From positions 1 to 41,226 of the forward strand of contig NGBS01000943.1 of assembly GCA_002245135.1 (NCBI GenBank): a stretch of 41,226 bases of DNA, given 5' to 3'. This DNA is from Proteromonas lacertae. Lineage: Eukaryota. Numbering within the stretch: position 1 is the stretch's first letter; each line of letters begins with the position of its first letter. Positions 1 through 9,120 of this stretch are shown here, one piece after another. The position numbers were made by a program, and so were the translations under genes. The notes below the pieces were generated by a model. That model was not told the origin of the DNA. It saw nothing but the letters and a program-made list of their open reading frames with translations, and did not search any database.

Positions 1-594
1 GATATTCAAACATTGGCTAGCAAGGAGGATGTTAAGAATGTTGCTAAAAAAACAGATCTCAATGCTGCTGTTAATGGTATATTAGAAAATTACGAGAATG
101 TACTATTTACTAAATTAAAAGTAGGATTTCCTTGAAACTGGTACTCAGTTTATTACTATAGATATGGTAATTATTAAAGTAAATGATTGGAGAAGCAATG
201 TTTCCTATACAATTAGATTTTTATAATAATTTTATTATGATGACAATATTGGCAGATCAATCTGTATCATTTCAATCTACAGATTATGATAGTATTGATT
301 TTTACATGTATAACGCTCCACACAAATGTCATGGCAAATACCTAATGATTTATATAAAAGTAAATTTGATTCTTATTTTCAGTATATTAAAAACGATTTA
401 GTATTTACTTAACAGTTATAGAAAAGGATACTAAAAATGTTACTGGTATTTACTTCTCTGAAAAACCTCAATATAACGGCGTTGTAAATCATAAAGATTT
501 TAGTTTTAGGTATGCCATATTGCAAACCTTTTTATATCCAAGGCAATCTCAAATTTTAAGAATAGGAAACACTTATATGGGTGATAATTTTTAA
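1..594 (+). pseudogene. 3' part of an unidentified Polinton gene, frameshifted
   Basis: Coding-like reading from position 1 (DIQTLASKEDVKNVAKKTDLNAAVNG...) changes frame several times and ends RQSQILRIGNTYMGDNF-TAA at 592-594, convergent with the integrase. Confidence 0.4.
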
Positions 595-655
595 GTAACA
601 TTTCTTATTATGAGTTTTATTTATTGGGAAAACAAAAAGCATAAAAAATAAAATT

Positions 656-1935
656 TTACCATATATGTCCTGCTCCATATATACTTCGTGAGTATAGAGG
701 ATTAGGTCTACTTATCCTTCCTGATCTTGTCCTTCTAACTTTATTAACAAAATCAAGTGCAGCATTATTATCCTTATAATCTTGCACTGCTTGTTCTGCA
801 GGATTAACAGGAACTGTTTCAGCAACAGGTTGTAATTGAGGTTCATCATTAAACAACTACACCAGGAGGAACATAATCAGGATCTCTTGTATACTGTTGC
901 ATTTCCTTTCCTATTGTTCTGTAATACTGTTCATTCTGTTTAGCAAAGGATGGATGTGTATCAGATACATTAAGTAATTCATACTCCTTAAATCTTTTGG
1001 TAGTTATTCTTCCTTCATCATCATATACATCATATCATATGAAAAAAGGATTTTTCCTCTTTATCGTATATACTTGATCACTATACCTATGAGACTTATC
1101 TAATTTTGATTTTGCTCTTTCTTTAACTCTTACTTTATCTCCAACATTAAACGGAGATCCTTTTTTGGCTTTAAGATTTCTATTATAATTCCTCGATTCA
1201 TGGAGGAATTTCAATTGTAGACTCATATCATCATATACTTCATTTGGTGTATATCCTTTAATTCCTGAATGAGGAGTATTGTTGTAATCCTTTACAATCA
1301 TTTGGATAAAATTATTTAAATCAGCTTGTGTTTTTATTAAATTCTTTTGATCATATGTACTTCCTCTATAATAAATAAGATCCTTTATTGTTCTAACTGC
1401 TCTATCCAAAATACCCATGATATTATGCTCATCTGTATCTTTATAATGTATCTTTATTTTATACTTTTTACAGAAATTTTGAAATTCATTACTTATAAAT
1501 ACTCCTTCTCTATCACAAATGATAGAAGCAATGAAAATCATATATTCCTCCTCTCCTTCTAAAATTCCTTTTACCCTATTCTGAAATACAAACTTTGTAA
1601 AAGCTTCTGCAAAAGCTAAACCACTTCTACTTGCTAAAGTATAAACCCATACTTTCCTCGATACAACATTAATAATGAATAAGGATGGAGGACCATCATT
1701 TCCTTGAAAAAAGCAAAATCAATCATGAAAGTTCCTGGTACTTTAATAGTAGTATACCTTAATTTTTTAGGACAAACTCTTTTTGATGCTAACTGATATC
1801 GTGGAGAAGAATATGCAAAGTTTTAGCTTCATCTTCGCTATAACCATAGTGAGTGCAATATTGATGAAATCTTTAGCAGATAAATAGTTTGTATTGTGAA
1901 TATAGCTCTGGTAAAGTCTTTTTTGGAATATCCAT
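656..1935 (-). pseudogene. Polinton retroviral-like (rve) integrase, several frameshifts
   Basis: Reconstructed across frames from the ATG at 1935: GTFMID, FIINVVSRKVWVYTL, ICDREGVFISNEFQNFC, MGILDRAVRTIK, YNNTPHSGIKGYTPNE, VGDKVRV. ORF 656-856 supplies a basic tail RRTRSGRISRP. Confidence 0.85.
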
Positions 1936-1988
1936 AGAAAAACAAAAATAAGAATATAGTAAGGAATTAATGATAATTATCTTTTTAA

Positions 1989-2912
1989 TTACTTTTTATG
2001 CTTATGATCCTTCATTAAGGTTAATCCTCCTATGTTACTTCTCTTCACTACTGGAGGACTTAAGGACCTTTCTCTCTTTCTTTTAGGAGTACTAAACTTC
2101 TTTTCCTCTTTTTCCTCAACCTTATCCTTAACTTTTTCTTTAACATAATCCTCACTTACAATCATAATATCTCCATCAATGAATAAATTAACAAAGTATG
2201 TATTATTCTTGATGGTATATTTTAAAGCTACTACAGGAACAACAACATCCTTATCCTCCATAACAGTCCAATCCTCATATGCTGTTTTATCATTTCCTAC
2301 AAGATTATGTCTATCATCATTCTTCCAAATGAGGATCCTGTATAAATTGAGGACAACTTCAATACTATGCTCCAAATGTTTAGAGGTTTTCAAATAATCA
2401 GCTATATCATATAACCAAGAGGATTTTAACTTTATCCATTCACTAGCATCACAATCCTTTCCTGCAAACCTAGCTACTTGAACATTAGTAAACTTCACAG
2501 AATAATATCCTTCCTGATCCTCTTTTGGTTTTTCTAATTTCATCTCAGATACATGTCCAATGAAAGTTAACCATCTATTTAAATGAGGAGGAAGGTAATC
2601 ACTCACTAATCCTCTTGCAGATTCTAACTTAGGAATATTTCCCATTTCTAACATTTGTTTATCACCCATGATTTTCCTCACTAATTCAGCTTCATACTTT
2701 GGTTCAGGATTACTTTCCATTTCATCAACATTGTTTTCCTTACACCATCTCTCATAATCCTTAATATAAGTCTTTTCATATTCACTTTGTGATACTGGTT
2801 CAGTTTCACAATTTTCTAAATCATCTTCATCACTAGTTATAGTAGAGTTATCCTCCTCAGCCTCCTCTTCTACATACTTTTTAGAAGTAAAGTATTTTTT
2901 ACCAGAACTCAT
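1989..2912 (-). CDS. Polinton hypothetical protein, 307 aa (acidic N-terminus, beta-rich core, basic NLS-like C-terminus)
   Basis: Intact intronless ORF between the integrase and PolB, with the same composition as the rest of the element; PKRKRER motif near the C-terminus. Confidence 0.75.
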   Translation of the reverse strand: MSSGKKYFTSKKYVEEEAEEDNSTITSDEDDLENCETEPVSQSEYEKTYIKDYERWCKENNVDEMESNPEPKYEAELVRKIMGDKQMLEMGNIPKLESARGLVSDYLPPHLNRWLTFIGHVSEMKLEKPKEDQEGYYSVKFTNVQVARFAGKDCDASEWIKLKSSWLYDIADYLKTSKHLEHSIEVVLNLYRILIWKNDDRHNLVGNDKTAYEDWTVMEDKDVVVPVVALKYTIKNNTYFVNLFIDGDIMIVSEDYVKEKVKDKVEEKEEKKFSTPKRKRERSLSPPVVKRSNIGGLTLMKDHKHKK

Positions 2913-3006
2913 GATTTTTTAGAAGTTAAGTTTTTAATAATAGATAAAAATAGCAAGAAAATTGCAAATAAAAAAAGTAACGATTTTTAAGTAGATTTTT
3001 AATTAT

Positions 3007-3063
3007 CCAATCAAAATTTAGTATACGTTTGCATTTGACCAATTATATTAATTGACCAATTAT
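3007..3063. promoter_or_regulatory. Candidate bidirectional promoter with three CCAAT boxes
   Basis: Lies between divergent ORFs; CCAAT at 3007 and a direct repeat TTGACCAATTAT at 3035-3046 and 3052-3063. Confidence 0.35.
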
Positions 3064-3325
3064 TTTAAAGTATATTCATTTTTTGTTTTCTTTTTAGTTT
3101 TGAATTTTCATAAGTATAAAATCATGAATAAAAGGAAGAATACTGATAAGCAGAAGAAATATGCTTTAAATGCAAAAACTCATTTATTAGAAAAGATGTT
3201 AGAAAATGAGGATAGTACTTCCCAATATTTCATTAATGCAACTAGTAAAAGAAGGAAAATAAGTGAATCCTCCTATATGAGGAATTTAAATAATAATCCT
3301 CGAGTACATATTATAAATCCTGATT

Positions 3326-6300
3326 ATGGATGATGATAGAATTCATCCTCCAAGAGGAAATTTGGAGGATAGAATAAAAAGGTATGAATTAGAAGGACAA
3401 TCCTCCGAAGGAGTAACAAGGAAGTACGTTACTAATTTAAAGGATATTCATCTTCTTACTCCTGAAGATTATTATAATTTCATTGTTGATAACACAGATG
3501 TTGCTTTAAGAATAAGTGAAATAGCACATGAAATGAAAAATATTAAAGTATACTTTGTATTTTGGTATGTATATACTTCTTCGGAAGATGAATCAGGTGA
3601 GGAAGTATCCTTATTTCATAATACAAGAAATATTTTAATAAATGAGTATGATAGTCCTGCATCAGTAGCAGCAAAGATGCGTTCCTTATTTCATTCTATT
3701 AATGAGGATGACTTTTCTCCTCCAGAATCTGGTTTAATATTCCAATATATGGATTTAATGGAAACTCATATTAATCAATACCAAATTATGGCAGGAGCAG
3801 GAGGAAATTATCATATTCCTGATATATTTAATAATAAGTATTGTTTAGATCCTTGTGAAAATATGGATAATGATAATATGGATTGTTTTTGGAGAGCAAT
3901 TAATTCATGTTTAAAAAAGCAACATTTACCTCAAATACAACCTAGTAGCAATTTTATTACAATACCAGTAGCTCCTGTTAATAATCCTGATATAGATAAA
4001 GTAGAGCAAACTTATGATTTAAATATAAATGTATTTGCAATTGATGAAGAGGAAAAGGACAAACCTAAAATCCTTCCATTAAGATATAGTATAATTGATA
4101 AGAATGTTGGTAATCCTGTTATTAATTTATTATTCCTTCCTAATAATAATGATACTACAGATGAAATAATTACAGGACATTATTGTGCAATTAAATCCTT
4201 AAATCAAGTATTCAGCTTAGTTTTTGGTGTAATATTTAAGAATAAAACAAGTCCTTTGGTTTGTCCTTATTGTCCCTTTTATACTTATAATGCAAAATCA
4301 TTTGCAAATCACAAAACAGTAAATTGTCAAAATCCTGATAATGTTATAAGGATATTTCCTGATAAGGATAGTGAGGAAGCTTTTATGAAATTTGAACATT
4401 CTAACAGAGAGGATATGATTCCTGTTGTTATTTATTACGATACAGAAGCATACATTGTCCCTATTGATAATTCTAAGGAAAAAACAAAAACATTAAGATC
4501 CTTCAAAAATGAACATAAGTTAAAATCATATTGTTTATATATTGAAAGTAAATTTCCTCAAATTAAATCTACAACTATTATGAATGTGAAGATATCCGAA
4601 GATGAAAATTTAGAAAAAGAATTTATGGAGGATATCATGACAGTATATAAAGATGTAAAACACTTATATAATATAATAAACTTATATCCTAAAGATTGGG
4701 ATCAAAATGAGGAAGATTTAGCTATTCATATGAGTAAAACTGTTTGTGATTTTTGTAATAAACCTTTTACTCCTTTTGATCCAAAAGTCCTCCATCATAA
4801 TCATTTCACTGGAAAGTACATTGCTTCAATTCATTCCAAAGAGAACTTATCAATTAAAGTAAAAGGATACAAGATTCCTATAATTGGTCATAACGCTATG
4901 AGATATGACCAGCATTTCATCATTAGAGAACTTGCAGAAATTGCTAAACAGACTGGTTTAAATTTGGATATCCTTCCTTCTACTGATGAAAACTATAAAG
5001 CTATATTCTTTGATAGATTAATGTTCATTGATTCATACCAATTCCTTTCTGAAAAATTATCTAGTTTAACAGAGGATTTAAAGATAACAGCTTTAGAGTT
5101 AAATTGTAAAAAGGAAAAGTTTAAAGTCATTTATGATAACTTTCCTGAATTAGATGAGGAAATTATTGATAAGTATCTTCTTCAGAAAAACTTCTTTCCT
5201 TATGAATATGTTGATTGTTTGGAAAAATATGATAATCAATTTAAGGATTTGAAGATTCAGGATTTCTATTCAAGTTTATCCAATTCAACAATAACAGAAG
5301 AGGAATATAAGTTTGCAATGGAAGTGAATAACATTTTGTTTGAAGGAAAAGCTTCTATAGGAGAATATTGTAATTTCTATTTAAGTATTGATGTTTATAT
5401 CCTATGTTCAGTATTTGAGGATTTTAGACAAAACATCTTTAATCACTTTCATATTGATCCTTGTTGGTATGTATCAATTCCTAGTTTATCCTTGGATTTG
5501 TTCTTGAAAGAAAGTTCAGTTAAAATAGAGTTAATCCATGAACCTGAAATATATGATTTCATCCTTAATGGATTATATGGAGGATTATCCTATATAGGAA
5601 AGAGGAAAGAAGATGCTAATAATTTCTATATGAAGGATTATGATCCAAAGAAACCTTCAAAGTTTATTGTTTATCAGGATATGAATTCCTTATATCCTTC
5701 AGTAATGTATTTATGTAAACTTCCTATAAGGAATTATCATCTTTATTGTTATGAAGATCCTGGTTGTCCTAAACTTCATGAGATATTAGATTCTACTAAA
5801 TTCTATGATAAGAATGATTCCTTTGAAACTACAGGATATATGTTAGAAGTGGATATTGAACCTATTTCCTATTATAAGGAGTATTTAAGAGAATATCCTA
5901 TTCTACCTTCAAGAAGGAAGATTAGCTATGATGAATTATCAGATATACAAAAAGAAAAATTAGAAGTATTATACTCTCAAAAAGAGGATGATCAGAAAAA
6001 TCCTGATGTTCATAAATATGTTTCCTCTGAAAAGTTAGTTACTGATTTATTGCCTAAGGAACATTATGTCATCCATTATCAGAATCTCAAATTTGCAGTT
6101 GATCATGGATATAGAGTAACAAAAGTATATAAAGTACTAACATTCTTGGAAAGTAAACATATGTCTAAACATATTGATCAATTAAAGGATATGAGAGTTC
6201 ATGCGAAGGAAATGCATCAAACATCTACTGCTAATATTATGAAGAAATTACTTAATTCACTTTATGGAAAAACTTTAGAAAGAGTTGATAAGAGGAGAAG

Positions 6301-7054
6301 TATCAAATTAGTAGTGTCAGAAAATCAAGCAAGAAAAGCTATTAGAGATCCTTGGTTTGATAAGATAGATACTATTCACGGAGATTTGAGATTAGTACAT
6401 TATCATAAAAAGATGTTCAAAATTAATAAACCTATTCAGATAGGTATGACAATCCTTGCTCTTTCTAAATTATTAATGCAACAGTATTGGTATGATGGAG
6501 TATTACATTACAATTCACCAGAAGATGTTAGACTCTTAATGACAGATACTGACAGTCTCCTCTTTTCTGTAAAGACTAAGGATATTTATTGGAATTTCAA
6601 TCATCTTCAAAAATATATAGATGGAAGTAATCTGAATATGCCTCCTTTCAGTAATTACTACAAATGGGATTCATTATCATGTAAACCAGGAACATTAAAT
6701 AAACTCAAGTTTGAGGAACAGGATGGTAAGAAATTCTATGTCATCACTAAGTTTAGAGGATTGAAATCCAAATGTTACTATTATGAAAAGGAATGTGTTA
6801 ATGATGGTACACTCAAATCCTCCAATAGATATAAAGGATTAATAACAGCTATAGCAAGTAAGATGACTGGAGATGATTATACTGAAATGGTTGATGGATA
6901 TGTTTCTAAACAGAAGTTTGGTATTAATCATATTAGAAGTAGAAATCATCATATCTATACTGCTTATGAAGAAAAGATAGGACTTACATATTTTGATGAT
7001 AAAAGATACTTTGAGGATGATTATAAAACAGTTCCTTATGGATACAATAATTAG
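3326..7054 (+). CDS. polB: Protein-primed family B DNA polymerase (Polinton type); N-terminus may extend to the ATG at 3124 via a frameshift
   Basis: ExoI YYDTEA, ExoII GHNAMRYD, ExoIII YLSIDV; Pol motifs A YQDMNSLYP, B KKLLNSLYGK, C MTDTDSL. N-terminal OTU-like DCFWRAI...GHYC, Zn finger CPYC..H..C, inserted endonuclease-VII-like segment CDFC...HHNHFTGKY. Confidence 0.95.
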   Translation: MDDDRIHPPRGNLEDRIKRYELEGQSSEGVTRKYVTNLKDIHLLTPEDYYNFIVDNTDVALRISEIAHEMKNIKVYFVFWYVYTSSEDESGEEVSLFHNTRNILINEYDSPASVAAKMRSLFHSINEDDFSPPESGLIFQYMDLMETHINQYQIMAGAGGNYHIPDIFNNKYCLDPCENMDNDNMDCFWRAINSCLKKQHLPQIQPSSNFITIPVAPVNNPDIDKVEQTYDLNINVFAIDEEEKDKPKILPLRYSIIDKNVGNPVINLLFLPNNNDTTDEIITGHYCAIKSLNQVFSLVFGVIFKNKTSPLVCPYCPFYTYNAKSFANHKTVNCQNPDNVIRIFPDKDSEEAFMKFEHSNREDMIPVVIYYDTEAYIVPIDNSKEKTKTLRSFKNEHKLKSYCLYIESKFPQIKSTTIMNVKISEDENLEKEFMEDIMTVYKDVKHLYNIINLYPKDWDQNEEDLAIHMSKTVCDFCNKPFTPFDPKVLHHNHFTGKYIASIHSKENLSIKVKGYKIPIIGHNAMRYDQHFIIRELAEIAKQTGLNLDILPSTDENYKAIFFDRLMFIDSYQFLSEKLSSLTEDLKITALELNCKKEKFKVIYDNFPELDEEIIDKYLLQKNFFPYEYVDCLEKYDNQFKDLKIQDFYSSLSNSTITEEEYKFAMEVNNILFEGKASIGEYCNFYLSIDVYILCSVFEDFRQNIFNHFHIDPCWYVSIPSLSLDLFLKESSVKIELIHEPEIYDFILNGLYGGLSYIGKRKEDANNFYMKDYDPKKPSKFIVYQDMNSLYPSVMYLCKLPIRNYHLYCYEDPGCPKLHEILDSTKFYDKNDSFETTGYMLEVDIEPISYYKEYLREYPILPSRRKISYDELSDIQKEKLEVLYSQKEDDQKNPDVHKYVSSEKLVTDLLPKEHYVIHYQNLKFAVDHGYRVTKVYKVLTFLESKHMSKHIDQLKDMRVHAKEMHQTSTANIMKKLLNSLYGKTLERVDKRRSIKLVVSENQARKAIRDPWFDKIDTIHGDLRLVHYHKKMFKINKPIQIGMTILALSKLLMQQYWYDGVLHYNSPEDVRLLMTDTDSLLFSVKTKDIYWNFNHLQKYIDGSNLNMPPFSNYYKWDSLSCKPGTLNKLKFEEQDGKKFYVITKFRGLKSKCYYYEKECVNDGTLKSSNRYKGLITAIASKMTGDDYTEMVDGYVSKQKFGINHIRSRNHHIYTAYEEKIGLTYFDDKRYFEDDYKTVPYGYNN

Positions 7055-7161
7055 ATTTCCTCTAATATTATATACTGATTCTATATTCTTATTTTTGTTT
7101 TAATCTATTCTAGTCTATACTATAGTCTAGTCCTCCACCCCGCCGGCATCCCCCCCCATCG

Positions 7162-7178
7162 GCCCCCCACAGGGGGGC
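7162..7178. other. GC-rich hairpin in the Polinton subterminal region
   Basis: GCCCCCC-ACA-GGGGGGC inside a roughly 50-bp GC island in otherwise AT-rich DNA. Confidence 0.7.
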
Positions 7179-7354
7179 TGGTCAGATAGACACATAAAAA
7201 ATTATAATCCTCTAGTATGATACTATCATATTGGAGGAAGAATTTTTTATAATTCATCATTAGAGCTTTCAAATTTTTTCAATAATATTATGTTTAGGAT
7301 AGAGGATTTTTCATTTGTCATCTTTTTTAATAAGAGGATTTTATAAAAATTATA

Positions 7355-7450
7355 TTTCCTCTTTCAGAGAGGATCTAAAAATCCTCTTTCCTCTTTCAGA
7401 GAGGATCTAAAAATCCTCTTTTAGAAGAGGATCCTCTATAAAAGAGGATT
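7355..7450. repeat. 32-bp tandem repeat (2 copies) plus GAGGAT/ATCCTC inverted motifs
   Basis: TTTCCTCTTTCAGAGAGGATCTAAAAATCCTC at 7355-7386 and 7387-7418, followed by partial units. Confidence 0.9.
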
Positions 7451-7527
7451 TCATGCATTTATATTATATTATATATTATATATTATTTATCAATTTATTT
7501 ATATATATATATATTTTGCGTTAAAGG

Positions 7528-8813
7528 TAGATATAGATGAATATAGTCATTGGTAAGAAGAATTAATATTATGTATAGTTAGTAAAATATGTTTCTCAAT
7601 TTGGTAGTCAATCATTATATTCATTTATCGATAATTATGATAAAGAAATTTTTAATGCTCATTTGGAAACTGTTTTGGAATTGTATGTATATATTTTGTT
7701 ATAATTGTTGTTTATAGATAAAAGGTGATAATGCGAATAGAATGAAGATGAAGATAAAGTTGAATCCTCTAATACTAAAGAAGATGAGATAAGTCAATTG
7801 AAAGAAGAGTTGAATGAAATGAAGAAAGAAAAGAACGAATTAGAAAGTCAATTGAAAGAGATGAAAGAAGAATCTAAACCATATACTGATGAAATTGAAT
7901 CATCAAATAGTTAAAAAAAGAATAAAGAATAAATAGAGAAAGAGTTGAATGAATTGAAAAATAAAATCAAAGATAATAATAAGATAGAAAATGATGTAAT
8001 TTACAAAAGTGAAAAACTTGGAATAAGTGAAATAGAAGAAATAGAAAATGAATTAAAAGAAGAATGAGATAAATCTAATCAATAGAATGTAGAATTACAG
8101 AAGAACAAAGATGAATTAGAGAAAGAAATAACTCAATTAAAAGAACATCAATCTAAATCTCAGAATGAATTAGAGAATGAATTAAATGGATTGAAAGAAC
8201 AACTAGATAAATCCAAAGAAGAGAAAGAAGAAATGAAAAAGAACAAAAAAGATTTAGAGAATGAGTTGAAGAAAATGAATGATGAAGTAATAAAATGTTA
8301 AACCATTTTAAGATAATTCAAGTATTTATTTTATTCCCATAATCAGTACTTCAGTTTAGTTATATCAACATGATGACATGATAATGAAGAAATGATTGAA
8401 TAAGTGGGTAATGATCCTGAAGTGTTAGCTTTTATTGGAACTTCTACTAATGAAGAAAGATAAACAATTCATCCATATTTGTCAGAATATAATAAATAAT
8501 TATTCTCATTTTATGTTGTAGAAGTTTAAAAAAGTTTACAAGAATGTAATACAGTTTGGAAGAATGCCTCATCATTATATGATTAAAGTATTTTATTATC
8601 ACTATATTAATAGAAGATTATAATATAACATTGAATAATGAGAATGGTATAATAAGTGGATTTCCAACTAATGAATTGAATAAAATGTTGAGAATAAAAA
8701 TAACAGGTAATAATGATAAAGAAGGAATAGAAATAGAAAATTCAGTTATTAAACACATTCAGTTGCAAACCTATCTCACATATCATGAAACAAAATATAT
8801 ATTTTGTAAGTGA
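7528..8813 (+). pseudogene. Host-type coiled-coil protein gene with many in-frame stops
   Basis: E/K-rich heptad-like frame 7741-8510 with 11 in-frame stops and no frameshift; short GT-AG introns, e.g. 7683-7717. Confidence 0.75.
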
Positions 8814-9120
8814 AGAAGATAAGAAAAAATATAGAATAGAATAATATGAAGGCAAATGAAATTGACAGATAAAACAAAAGGAGTGTTTGTAAGAATAAAT
8901 GTGAATAAGTGTATTTAGATAATGTATTACTTTAGGTGATTTTACATTAGTTGGTATGAATTTATTGTTTTTTGAGGTTTTATTTCAGCAATACATAATT
9001 AGAATTCAATGATTTATATAAAAAATAACAGTAAAAACATTAGCTATATATATTTATTACTATAACTATATATATACATATAATTCTCATTTATTTCTTA
9101 ATATATATCATAATATATAG

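Larger units (their letters stand above)
1..7513. mobile_element. Polinton/Maverick-like element, right-hand part; left part outside the window, right boundary approximate
   Basis: Intronless, compact genes: protein-primed type-B DNA polymerase plus an rve integrase with a Polinton-type C-terminal 'FNVGDKVRV...YSDQVYTI' block. A non-coding repeat/hairpin region follows and ends in an (AT)n run, after which intron-containing host-type sequence begins. No capsid, ATPase or adenain protease gene is visible in the window. Confidence 0.85.

Noticed and set aside
656..856. Independent small gene
   Set aside because: Better explained as the frameshifted C-terminal tail of the integrase.
7355..7450. 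CRISPR-like array
   Set aside because: Two contiguous repeats without spacers; no cas genes.
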